A DNA stretch of 64,000 nt from Eledone cirrhosa (lineage: Eukaryota). This document shows positions 39,928-52,564 of the stretch, piece by piece (positions within the stretch are counted from its first letter, which is position 1; each line of letters starts with the position of its first letter). The stretch covers positions 194,370,001 through 194,434,000 of the forward strand of contig OZ024740.1 in assembly GCA_964016885.1 (NCBI GenBank), given 5' to 3'. Under the pieces are notes generated by a model. It was not told the DNA's origin and did no database searches. It saw only the letters and a program-made list of their open reading frames with translations. Position numbers and translations under genes: made by a program.

Positions 39928-41276
39928 CCCGGTCTCTCTCTCTCTTTATTGCTTAATCAGAATAAAGGACAGCACCATGATCTTTTTGGCGGGCTTTGAA
40001 ATTGGTAGGGAGTATACTGAAGCTTGAAACCCGAACTAAATTTTTGTTACAAAGTGAAATCCGCTGAAGGACCAACCATGCAGATAGTAATGTTAAACAT
40101 GGTGACGTATTAAATAGAATAATGCCGTGGTCTACATGGGTAGTATCTTTAAGTCAGAAAATGAAAATCTTGAATAGGAAATTGCAAATCCGACCCTGGA
40201 ACGATTTCACTGACCTCTGCCGTAGATCGGTACTTTATACATGGACACCGAAGGATAAATAGCATCGTTAACATTTGTAAGATTTGAACATGTAGCACAA
40301 AGAGTTGGAATATATTCCTGAAGACATTCCGCCCGATTATCGAACGCTTCTGTCAATCTATCGCCTAAATTCTTTAAAGTGCACCTCCACAATACAGCAA
40401 CCTACAAGAATCCATTTATGAATAATAAATTAGCCCATCCAAGTAGTCCAAACCGTGAACGTACACAAAGCAATCCTCTGTGTGACAACACATGCAATAA
40501 AGCAGAATATAGAATCGGCTCCACCAGGTTGTTCTATTGAGTGCTAATAACTTATGAATATCAGCCATAGGTATGGTAATATACCCACAAAGAATATTCA
40601 GATCTCCAGCAAGAGCACACCTGATTTCTAAACTGAATATAAGATCCCTAGGGAAAATACTGAATATACAGTTGGAACACACTTGGCGATCCCTGGGAAT
40701 TTGCTCACGATGGCACCAATCCGTGCACACAGGCAAGCTTTCCTGTCAACAACGTGGACATATAATTACATGCCTACATGGTGTACCACATTGAATATAA
40801 TACGTGTGACTGATCTTACCACAGCGGCACCAGTTCCAAAATGAACATCAATGTTAAAGAACGATTTCACACAAAGGCTTCTTTTCTAGGAAACATCTAC
40901 GTAAATGTCATAATCAGAAAATGAATGCAATCCCCCAAATCCAATAAAGGGACTATTGGATATGTAAGAATTAATAAACTTACTCTTATTGATATATGAA
41001 ATTCCAATGCCACCATAGGCAATAGTGGTGCGACACGAATTGGATAACATAATCCTACCAAATTACATATGTCGTGGTATACCTCTAATCCTATATATCT
41101 TTTTTCTCATAAAGGCTATTTTATAGCAAACCAGCAGGATTTGAAGCTATATAGTAGAGAAATTGAACTATTACCCCAAAATATATTGTTTGATGCTCGG
41201 CTATTTTAACAACTAAACTAATAACTAAATACATTCAAAAACGGTAATAAAAGAAAAGCTCGTTATTTTCCAGTGG

Positions 41277-41670
41277 TTAACTTATGGAAGTGAGACTTGG
41301 GCACTCAATACCACCACTGCAAAGACGCTTGCAGTGGTCCGACGTAAAACTACGAGATTCTTTCTCAGCATTACCATACGTGACAGGAAGAGCAACACCT
41401 GGATTCATAAGCAGACTGGAGTGAAGGACATAATCGAGACCAGCGAGAATGTCAAACATAGATGGGATGGCTACGTCTTTTGTCTGATAGACAACAGTCG
41501 GAATATTAGAACAACAGAGCGAACACCAAGGCAGTGGAAAAGAACAAGAGAGCGGCTAAAGGAGATATGGTGCGACAATCTGACCCAATATCTGGGCCGT
41601 ACATGGCCCAATATGGCCAGAGATAGGAAGCGGGAATGGTCAACCAGAGAAGTGAGAAGGCCCTGGATTG
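41277..41670 (+). mobile_element. RTE-clade LINE 3' remnant
   Basis: LTYGSETWAL...LSITIRDRKSNTWIHKQTGVKDII...KHRWDGYV...WCDNL..YLGRTWPNMARDR. Confidence 0.8.
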
Positions 41671-41924
41671 TGCATAGGTATGAATCATGGTGCGATATTG
41701 TTGTTGATAAATTATGCTAGAACAAAAGACGTGCAGGTGATGGGGTCAATGCTTTTGATCAAAGGTCTGCTTTATCAAGGTTAATTGATGGATGCTATGA
41801 GCTTAGAAAGTGAAAGTCACCACAGGATTGATCTGTCTTTCACACATTCTACGTATGAAAAAATATCGAGGATCATCAAGTATATTGTAGTAGACAAGGT
41901 GTGTGAAGGTGTCTTATCGATATT

Positions 41925-42058
41925 AACGGTCCTTGCCATTCTGAGTTCAAATCCCGCCGAGGTTAACTTTGCCTTTCATCCTTACGGGGTCGATATAATA
42001 AAGTACCATTAATGCACTGGGTAATTGCTGGTCTTGTGCCAAAAGTAGAAACAATTAT
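41925..42058 (+). mobile_element. Deu/Nin-like tRNA SINE, 5'-truncated
   Basis: gagttcaaatcccgccgaggttaactttgcctttcatccttacggggtcgat...agtagaaacaattatt. Confidence 0.85.
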
Positions 42059-42689
42059 TGTATCAATTACCGAGCTACTTAACAAGGAAACAGAGCTGGG
42101 ACTGGCAAAAAATTACTGCAGAAAATTGTATCTGACAAAAGTGAGACAAATCAGAAAAGTGGATTTTGCTTAAAAAATCTAAATATAAAAACCAAACTTT
42201 AAAAATCATAAACCATATTATATACTTTTTATTTATGTAAATAAACATGTTATATTTCTACGTATCATATTTTTCTAGTGAATTCTATAATTTTAATTTA
42301 TTGAAACTGCTTTAGGTAAACATAAATATATTTATCTCAAATATATTTCCTCCGTGACAAATATTAGGATTCAGTGATGTTAAGCAGTTGTGCCATATAC
42401 TTTTCGGGGAGGATTTATTTTTTCCTCTTTATATATGATAATTTAGTTAAAAGGTAAATGCAATGGCAACAAATCAGCATGATAAATTAGACATCTCAGC
42501 AATAGAGTTTTCTATTTGCTTGCAATTGTATAATATGTTTTTAATGCAGGAAAACTAAATAAACCTGAAAACAAACGAAAACTATGGGAATGCAAATTTA
42601 CATACATACACACACACAAACATATATATGTATATATTATTATATTATATCTTACGGTGTCTATATGTGTGTACCAGTTTGCACATGTT

Positions 42690-42953
42690 AAGATGTTTTT
42701 TATTGCATATCGAATATTACACGTTTCACAAATAAATGACTCGAGTATATATATATATATACAAGTATATCAGTAAAATGCCGAGGGCTCTAAAGATGAA
42801 CATATCTTGATTTACACGCCTGGTGAGCAGATTGATACTGGAGTCAGCTCTATCACATCGATAAAAAACTCGAGTCAGTTATTTGTGAAACGTGTAATAT
42901 TCGATATGCAATAAAAAACAACTTAATGTTTTTTCTCATAAAAAGATGCAATT

Positions 42954-42956
<3 letters not shown>
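42690..42956. mobile_element. Fold-back PLE terminus with tail and degenerate hammerhead
   Basis: 42690-42746 is the reverse complement of 42868-42924; related to 48320-48420. Confidence 0.6.
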
Positions 42957-42984
<28 letters not shown>

Positions 42985-42987
<3 letters not shown>

Positions 42988-43130
42988 CAAAGAATGTGTG
43001 GTAAGATACCAGGTGGGCCATAACGCCCCAAGTGTACTCGTTACTTAGGGTAGTATAGTGGGTAATAGTAAAAGAGACAGGACCCCGACGGTTGAGCTCC
43101 GGCCGTTTCCTCGGGGTTCTGACTCTTTTC
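42985..43130 (-). mobile_element. Solo terminus and tail of a PLE family related to 13985-14110
   Basis: Minus strand reads gaaacggccggagctcaaccgtcggggtcc...accctaagtaacgagtac...gcgttatggcccacctgg. Confidence 0.75.
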
Positions 43131-43164
43131 ATATATATATATATATATATATATAAATATATAT

Positions 43165-45011
43165 ATTAAAATAACAGATTACAGGTTCAGCAAAGAATCG
43201 CTGCTTTCATCTTTAACGGGATCTTCTGAAACTAAAAAAATCAATCTGTGGACGCAGAAGTAAATATTTCAAATAACGTTGCAACCGAAGGAAAACAGGA
43301 AGACGATACTTTGATTGGTGAAGACGTTCCCTGGCAATGAACGAAAAAAAAGCGAAGATAATACGTCATTATGTGGGGCGATGTGAAAAATTACACGCAA
43401 AGACAAAACCAAGTTTATGGTATAAATGAAGTCGTAAACTAATATTCTATTTAGGAAAAGAGTTTAGAATAATTGTTTCTACTTTTGGTACAAGGCCAGC
43501 AATTTCCCAGCGTATTACTGGTACTTTATTTTATCGACCCCATAAGGATGAAAGGCAAAGTTAACCTCGGCGGAATTTGAACTCAGAATGGCAAGGGCCG
43601 TAACTCTATGCGTCAAAGCATGGCGTACGACCCTCTACCGAAACTGCCAATCCACCGCCTATTGAATAATGAGTTAAGAATAATGTAAATAAATTAGTAG
43701 AACGAAAATGACAGAGGTTATTGAAATCAACAATGATTAAATATATACATACACACATCCATATACGTACATACACATGCATACTCGAAAACACCTGCCA
43801 TGCATGCATATACACATAACCACGCGCACACATACATAAACCCGCGCGACACCTGTACCCGCACACATACAAACGAATACACTAAATGTACATAAAAAAA
43901 ATATTACTGTGTGCGTGTGTGTATATATACATATAATTATATAAACGTATATAAATATACACACATAAATACATATTTAACGCACCCACACATATACCTA
44001 CAGGTAAATACACATATGTTCACTAAACGTACGTCAACCAAAACACAAAGTACACATATACCCACACCCTACATACGTGCAAAAACGCATACACACACAA
44101 ACACAAAATGCGCATATACACATAACCATATACACATGTACCAGTATATATAATAAAATATATACACCTATAACAAATACAAGCAAATATACGTACGATA
44201 AAGTATGCGTACCTTCACAAAACATACGGGTGGGGGATACTTAACTATATAAATAAGTAATGGTATAAACATAGAATATACTTAGCTACCACATCAAAAC
44301 GTAAATTATCAGCGTATTGTTCGTACTATCCGTTAGGGTATAATGTGGGGCTGTAATACAGGAAAGTTTTATGCAATTTATGTTTTCAAACCGAACTTTC
44401 CTCATATTTTTTGTTTCAGATGTTGTCATTGGCGTTGATTATTTCCAGGGCTTCAGCGGCGCAAAGATGGCATGGTCATTTATTTCCGTTATACGATCTA
44501 GCCTTCGCTGGGATCTACACAGAGATCCTAGCGAAGGCTAGATTGTATAACGGAAATAAAAGACCATATTACCTATATTGGGTGTGGTTGTCTTTTAGAC
44601 TCCAGATATAAGCTGAAAGTGACGTCATATTCCTTCTTAAATGGTTAAGAAAAGAATGGGTGTGCATGTAAAGGCGCTGCTTGAATCTATTGGCGGTTAA
44701 CCCTCTGTAGGCGCGACGGGACGTGAGTGTTTCGACCTTACGTTTGTAGACAATGTTACTGGAGAGGTGTTTCCCGGATAGAGGGCAGTCAACCCGATTC
44801 CTACAGTTAGTACTAGCTACAGGGTTGCATGTGTTCCTACGGCTAGGTAATTTAGCTAAATTTGAAGCAGTGGTGTTATCTGCAAGGTTAGAAGTTGTAG
44901 AGTAAGATATTTTAATGGTATTTCTATTAAAAATGTTATTATATTTATGTGCTGAGGGGAAATGATCCTTAATAAGGGAGAGAAATATCTTAGCTAATGG
45001 TGTGGCCACCT

Positions 45012-45013
<2 letters not shown>
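43165..45013 (-). mobile_element. 5'-truncated PLE family A with GIY-YIG remnant and nested SINE
   Basis: ORF 44569-45015 (IKDHFP..IFNRNTIKISYS..CRNRVDCPLSG..AYRGLTANRFKQRLYMH); 3' UTR homologous to 1-1100. Confidence 0.9.
43468..43660 (-). mobile_element. Deu/Nin-like tRNA SINE, full length
   Basis: Homologous to 9192-9382; flanked by an imperfect duplication gagtt.agaataat. Confidence 0.85.
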
Positions 45014-45064
<51 letters not shown>

Positions 45065-45074
45065 TATATATATA

Positions 45075-45445
45075 TATTAATAAAATAGATGTTCTTTTGA
45101 TCAATTACATTTTATTATACATATTTCGGATGTACAACAGTACCTCCTCATCAGACAAAATATAATGATATATGACATACCATCTGATGTTAAATAGGTA
45201 AGATTAAATCTTAACCATTTAACATCTCAGGGTATGTCATATATCATTATATTTTGTCTGATGAGGAGGTACTGTTGTACATCCGAAATATGTATAATAA
45301 AATGTAATTGATCAAAAGAACATCTATTTTATTAATATTTATATTGTAATATTAATAACTCCGGAAAATTATTTTACCGTAGAGTGCTTCCAATCTACTG
45401 TAAAACTCATTCTTTCATATACTCATTGAATTTTGTTTAACTCTT

Positions 45446-45447
<2 letters not shown>
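45075..45447. mobile_element. Fold-back PLE terminus (B-related family): about 130 bp arms plus about 110 nt tail
   Basis: 45075-45205 is the reverse complement of 45208-45337; hammerhead CUGAUGA-ggaggtac(tgtt)gtacatcc-GAAA. Confidence 0.9.
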
Positions 45448-45519
<72 letters not shown>

Positions 45520-45601
45520 TACATACATATATATATACATATATATATGTATGTATATATATATATATATATATAACAATATATATATACATATATATAT
45601 G

Positions 45602-45661
<60 letters not shown>

Positions 45662-45675
45662 TATATATATATATA

Positions 45676-48124
45676 TTTAAAAGAATATAGGTGTAACACA
45701 CGAGTTGTGATATATTGGTAAAAGGAAAATAAAATGCTGACAAATTGTTCCCAGTGAAAAATAGTTTAATTAGGAATAAGTAAAAATTAGTAATAAGTAT
45801 TGGTTAGTATTCAGTTTTAGTTTTAAATGTTTAACGGTTGCGCATTTCTAATGCTTTTCAAAAATAATTTTGAGATAGAGCGCCCGTGATGTTTGCTCTA
45901 ATCTGATTAATTTTGGAAATTCTATCTGTTTTATGTGAAAAAAGTGGCTCCAGAGGTATTAAAATAAGTTTCGCGCCAATTCGTGTTGCAAAAATTCTTG
46001 TGGTCAAAACAATTTTGATTGGTCGGTAGAGGTCATGTGAATTTTAAAAATTGATTTTGCGCCAAATGTAGGTTTGACGAAGAGTGTCCTTTTTCGCCTG
46101 ATTGAGAAGTCACTGAAAAATAAATCTTTTAAGACAAATATGTGTGTGAGTGTGTGTGTAGTAAAGAGGTTAATTGTTGTGATAATGGTCAGTAGGAATG
46201 TGTGTGTGAATTGCAGTCATGTTGAAAGGTCAACAGTTCAGGTGCCTATTAAGACAAATATGTGTGTGTGTATCTGTGTGTGTGTAGCAGAGTAATTCGT
46301 GGTAGAGGGATCGGTCAGTAGGAATGTGTCTGTACGTGTGTGGGGGATATTTTAACATGTTGAAAGATATATTTCAGCTCTTGTCTTATACGGAGAAGTG
46401 TGTGTGTGTTTATATGTCTCTTTGTATGTTAGTGTACGCGTGTGTATGTGTGTGTGTATATATATGTGTGTGTGTGTGTGTATATGTGTGTATGTGTGTG
46501 TATGTGGGTGGGTGGACCAGTATTTTTGTGATACTGGTAAAAATGGTGTATATTATTCGATATTTTAAGCAAAAACGATTCTCTCAAGAGAACATCAAAA
46601 ACATTAATAATAAAAGGTGTGAAATGATATATAGTATTGTCATAACACCAAGGTGTATGTGAGTGTCCAAATTGTACGTACTGCAAGGGGAATCCATTAG
46701 GCCCTGCCGTATTGGAATACTAGTGTACAAATATGTATGTGCCCATCAGTGTGCAATGCATGTGTGCGTATATGTATGTGTGTGTGTCGGCAGGTTTATA
46801 TCTATAGACATCAAAAGGTATGCAAATTTGTGTATACTTGTGTTGCACCATAGAACATGTGTGTTTCCGTATGTCATTGTATTTTTATGTGGATAGAGAT
46901 GTATGTAGGATGTATGCTGATGTAGGTATGTATGTTGACGTGTGTATGTTGTGGGTTCGTCTTAGGGAGAAGTGTTTAGACGGAGTCCGTATTTGTTAAT
47001 AAAGTGAGATTCCTTGCTCATGCGTTGGGTGTGGGTGGCATTATCTTTAAACTTGTAGAGGGGAAAGATTCTAAAGTTGGGATGATTTTGGGCGGCACAG
47101 GTATCAATGTTTTCACTCAGTGGTATTTTCCTGTATTCCCGTATTTTAATTTGGGATCTATGGAGAGTCATGCGTTGGGGGGGGGGGCTGGTTTTGGTCT
47201 GGCCTATGTATTGTTCTCGACAACCTGAGCAAGTTAATACATATATTAGATTTTCTGATGCGCATGTGAAATTGTGTTTTACTATAAAACGTTGTCCTTC
47301 TTTGAAATAGAATTCCGAACCCTCTATTAGATTGATGCATATGCCACAGTTGGGTCCATCGCATTTTTTAACTGTGGGTTTCGTTGTTGTGGTTGGCAGT
47401 ACTTTGGCATGTGTTAGGATGTTTTTCATTGACTTAGATTGTCTTTTGCTCTTTATGATATAGTGTGTTCAAAGGATTTGGTTCATTCTATGGTCATTTT
47501 TAACACAGGGATGTTCTGCAGGATGGTCTCAAAGGCCTCATTGTTGAGGGAGTTGTGTGTGGAGATGTATGGAAGAGCTTTTAGTTTCGGTTGATTTAAT
47601 TTGGGGAGTCTAAGGTCCTGGGTACTGAGTTTTAGGGCACGTTGGATTCCATTGTCAATTAGTGATGCAGGGTAGTCCCTGCCTATGAGTGTATCCTGTA
47701 GTTCTTGTAGCCGTAAGTAACAGGTGTTTTTATTGGAAACTATAGTACAGATTCTCTTCGACAAACTACATTTGGCGCAAAATCAATTTTTAACATTCAC
47801 GTGACCTCTACCGACCAATCAAAATTGTTTTGACCACAAGAATTTTTGCAACACGAATTGGCGCGAAACTTATTTTAATACCTCTGGAGCCACTTTTTTC
47901 ACATAAAACAGATAGAATTTCCAAAATTAATCAGATTAGAGCAAACATCACGGGCGCTCTATCTCAAAATTATTTTTGAAAAGCATTAGAAATGCGCAAC
48001 CGTTAAAAATTTAAAACTAAAACTGAATACTAACCAATACTTATTACTAATTTTTACTTATTCCTAATTAAACTATTTTTCACTGGGAACAATTTGTCAG
48101 CATTTTATTTTCCTTTTACCAATA
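45676..48124 (-). mobile_element. 5'-truncated PLE (Neptune-like linker and endonuclease) with a 370 bp inverted arm
   Basis: 45712-46085 is the reverse complement of 47754-48124; the tail (45676-45711) is on the long arm only. Confidence 0.9.
46962..47760 (-). pseudogene. PLE thumb, Cys-rich linker and GIY-YIG, frameshifted
   Basis: RICTIVS...RDYPASLI; KKCDGPNCGIC...FTCASENLIYVLTCSGCREQYIGQT..RMTLHRS...KESHFINKY..LN. Confidence 0.88.
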
Positions 48125-48215
48125 TATATATATATATAAATATAGTTGTAGGGTCGCAAGGTAGATGCGTCCGTAGGCGGTATGCCGGTTGAGCACAATA
48201 TATATATATATATAT

Positions 48216-48442
48216 AGCCAGTATCAAATTTTCTAATAATCCGACCAGTACGTGGTCACATTAGGTTAGATCCGGTTGCTACATATATTTCCGTCACTAT
48301 ATCAGAGAAAGTTATTACATGTCTGATCAGCAGATCGTTACTGGAGTGAGGTCTATCACGTCGATAAAGCGTCAATCATCAGTGGAACATATGTAACATT
48401 CGATATGCAATAAAAACATTTTTTAAAGTGAAACTTCATCGG
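48216..48442 (+). mobile_element. PLE terminal fragment with degenerate hammerhead (family of 42760-42956)
   Basis: ctgatcagcagat..actggagt..tctatcac.tcgataaa...attcgatatgcaataaaaa is shared with 42820-42920. Confidence 0.55.
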
Positions 48443-48518
48443 ATATATATATATATTCATATGTATACATATATATGAATATATACATATTTATATTTAT
48501 ATATATTTATATGTATAT

Positions 48519-48556
<38 letters not shown>

Positions 48557-48562
<6 letters not shown>

Positions 48563-50108
48563 ATACTTTGGGAGGGTCATGTTGCCAATGAGAAACACAC
48601 GTACCAGTTGTTTCACTTCAATTTATTATAATAGATTTATAAATTTAGGAATTTATAAATTTCCGGTTGGTTGGTTGGTTCCACAACCAGATGGTTGTTT
48701 ATATATTGTCAAAGTTCTTTCGTCACACATTCTGTGACCTCTTCAGTGACTGCGGATTCTTTTCTTTGTTTTTACACCTCTCCTTTGTTCTGTCCTACGG
48801 CATTTTGTTTTTGTGTGTGTGTTGTGTGCTTAGTTTGAGCATGTGTTACATCCGGGTGTCTGTGTGTGTTTATATTCGTTTATTTATTTGTTTATTTACA
48901 TGTTACTGGTTGGTTGTTTGTTCTATGTGCGTGTGTGTTTTCATTTTGTCCTTAATTGTAAGTTGTGATGTTGCTGTTCCACTCATGTTTTCTATTTAAT
49001 TTTGGTTGGAGTTCATTTATGTTTATTGCCTCTGTGATTTGTCTAAACATTGCATCTTTTCTGTGCGTAGATTCTATTTTTATTTCCCTAATTTACCCTT
49101 ATGTTCTATTTTAGCATGTTGGTAGAGTACAGGTGATTCTTTACTATCTTGAAGGTCTCGCCAGTGTTCATTTATCCGTGTACAATGTCCTTCAGTACAT
49201 CTTATGCTATATACTACATTTCTAGTTTTACAGTTAATATGGGGCTTAATTTACAGATTATACATTTCTTATCTATACAGGGAGGTCTTTGAAAATGGTA
49301 TGTATTGCAATATATACCCTTTTCAAAGACCTCCTGTATAGATAAGAAATGTATAATCTGTAAATTAGGCCCCCATATTAACTGTAAAACTAGAAATGTA
49401 GTATATAGCATAAGATGTACTGAAGGACAATGTAGAGATGAAAAATATAGTGTACATAGGTGAGACATCTCGTAGTATAGGGGAACGGATAAATGAACAC
49501 TGGCGAGACCTTCAAGATAGTAAAGAATCATCTGTACTCTACCAACATGCTAAAATAGAACATAAGGGTAAATTAGAGAACATAGAAATAAAAATAGAAT
49601 CTACACACAGAAAAGATGCAATGTTTAGACAAATCACAGAGGCAATAAACATAAATGAACTCCAACCAAAATTAAATAGAAAACATGAGTGGAACAGCAA
49701 CATCACAACTTACAATTAAGGACAAAATGAAAACACACACGCACATAGAACAAACAACCAACCAGTAACATGTAAATAAACAAATAAATAAACGAATATA
49801 AACACACACAGACACCCGGATGTAACACATGCGCAAACTAAGCACACAACACACACACAAAAACAAGATGCCGTAGGACAGAACAAAGGAGAGGTTCAAA
49901 AACAAAGAAAAGAATCCTCAGTCACTGAAGAGGTCACAGAATGTGTGACGAAAGAACTTTGACAATATATAAACAATCATCTGGTTGTGGAACCAACCAA
50001 CCAACCAGAAATGTATATATTCCTAAATTTAGAAATTTATTATAATAAATTGAAGTGAAACAACTGGTACGTGTGTTTCTTATTGGCAACATGACCCTCC
50101 CAACGTAT

Positions 50109-50114
<6 letters not shown>
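48557..50114. mobile_element. 1.56 kb palindromic PLE insertion (GIY-YIG and 3' UTR in both arms)
   Basis: Symmetry centre tattgcaata at 49303-49312. ORF 49438-49719 reads YIGETSRSIGERINEH. Hammerhead gtca-CUGAAGA-ggtcaca..tgtgac-GAAA-gaac-UU-tgac at 49921-49963. Confidence 0.92.
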
Positions 50115-50196
<82 letters not shown>

Positions 50197-50717
50197 ATTG
50201 TGTGTGTGGGGGGGTATGTGTGTGGGTGTGTGTGTGTGTGTTCAGCATAGGGAATTCTCAAGACAACGACAACGGAAGGACGGACATTCTCCTCAGTCAA
50301 CCTCTGGAAATCACTACGGTTTCGGTTTGTTATAGTCCATACCGTTCATCCAGTGCACATTATGATATAACAAAACAGGCAGCGACAAGTAATGCCTTTA
50401 TGCAAATTACATATATATATAATTTCTGTTTGATACATATTACGTGGTCACAAACGAAAGGGAAGTAAAGAGACACTAATATATACTACTCTATTTTTAG
50501 ACAATAAACACAGACATGGATGTTCATGTATATATATGTTAGGGTGGGTGAGTGTGTATGGGCGACTGTATCTATGTTTATATGTTACAGTTTTAACGTG
50601 TGTATGTTTATGTCAGTGTCTCTCTATGTCTCCTTGGTGATTAAGTAGTATGCACCCAACTAAAATATTTACTGGAATCCACATGAATGACTATGACATG
50701 AATTACTACTAGTGAAA

Positions 50718-50765
<48 letters not shown>

Positions 50766-50767
<2 letters not shown>

Positions 50768-50900
50768 TTATCCGTATGTATTGGGTGGCTTTGACAAAGA
50801 AGCGAAGTAGAGATTTATTATTCATATATATTAAGGCTAAAAAGTGAGTTGTTCCTCTGAAGTTTCGCCTGTTTACCACAGGGTCATCAGACAAGAAAAT
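50766..50900 (-). mobile_element. PLE terminal fragment with hammerhead motif
   Basis: Minus strand reads ttgt-CUGAUGA-ccctgt(ggtaa)acaggc-GAAA-cttcagagga-acaa; abuts (TA)n. Confidence 0.55.
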
Positions 50901-50940
50901 TATACACACACAAACACACACACTCGCACATACACACACT

Positions 50941-50974
<34 letters not shown>

Positions 50975-50996
50975 CACACACACACGCACGCGCACG

Positions 50997-51035
<39 letters not shown>

Positions 51036-52482
51036 ACACACACACACACACTTACATACACACACACACTTACATACACACACACACACATACATATATA
51101 TTTTTCTATATATATAGGTGTTAAATATATATATAAAGAGAACAATGAAGTTTCGGTTACATGTATTTAGTTTTCTAAATGTGTATTACACATATTATAT
51201 GCAAGCAGATATGTGAGTATATGTGTATATGTACATCAATGATGTAACAGATTCAAAAATTAACCGACGCAAGAATTTAAAGAGCGCCATTTGCATAAAT
51301 GCAGAAATGTCGATAGTAAATGTTACAGGTCAAATATAATTGAAAATACAAATACTACATATTCTAAGAACTTCACTGGTCTGAAAAATTATCTTACGAA
51401 TATTTTAGACAACCCGAAAAATCTAATCTCTGCAGAATATTCTCTTTGTTAATGGCATTCACCGTCTAGTTGATCTGATGAATATTTAACATCGAGTCTT
51501 TCTTCCTCTATGGTTGGTCGGCAGCGTATTTCTACTTTCCTCAGCTCAGATCATTCGCTCATTACTGAAACAACAAGTAGTGAAAGTAGTAAACTTAAGA
51601 TCTTCTAAGTGTTTGGAATAAAAAATATCGATGTCAGCATGCTGATAACGTTGTGTTTCTAAAAACAACAGAATTTATTTATCTTTAAACTTTAACTTCC
51701 CGACGAAAGGAATCTTGATTTGGCGTTTTCTCAGTATATTGGTTGACGATTGAAACTAAAATTATGACTGTCCTGGAACAATATACTGAGCCTGCAACAC
51801 GATATGGCCTCATGTACGATGTGATCCAAAAAAGTGTTTATAACTATCTCGGTGGTAATACTCTTCAATTGAATTTATTGTTCAGGCATTTACTTGTCAC
51901 GTTTTCGGTTAGTTACCGGTCCCAATGTGGTTTACAATTGCTTTTCTTCATTAATACATATCATGTGTCTTTGGTCTTCATAATAAACTGTTGTTAATTT
52001 CTGCCCTCGGTCGAAAGTAGCTACAATGTCACACCGAAGCTTTTGTAAATCAAGTGATACAGTGATGGCTAAATCCAAATAAATATCAATGTAGCTAACA
52101 TTGAAAATGCTATCAAGTTTGTACGTAGGATAGTGCATCATTGCGAAATTGAACATTTAATTCAGGATTAGCGTTTCTGTATTGTTTCGGTAATACATCT
52201 TTATGAGTAATTATTCAACAGGGTGTCTGTTCGAGAAACCCATCCGGTTTTGGAAACTATAAGCATAATTGATCATTGGGTTTGAAATATTTGTTGGTTT
52301 CTTATATTAATTACCAATCGACTGTTTCATTATTATTCTTGAAATTATTTTGCACATCATCCCTTCGTAATATTTTAATATTAAGTACTACTCCAGAAAA
52401 GAAACAATCGTAATTTTAACATAGCAATAGACTCCTTGCTAGAGCAGTTTTTAATTATCATTAACATAGCAATAAAAATAAT

Positions 52483-52564
52483 TGACAACGCTGGGATTCG
52501 AACCCACGCCTCAGAAAAGACTGGTGCCTTAAACCAGTGCCTTAGATCGCTCGGTTACGCTGCC
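52483..52564 (-). tRNA. tRNA-Leu(AAG), probably a pseudogene
   Basis: Sequence ggcagcgtaaccgagcgatctaaggcactggtttAAGgcaccagtcttttctgaggcgtgggttcgaatcccagcgttgtca, with a long variable arm and downstream T5. D-loop GG is changed to GA and the T stem has a mismatch. Confidence 0.85.
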
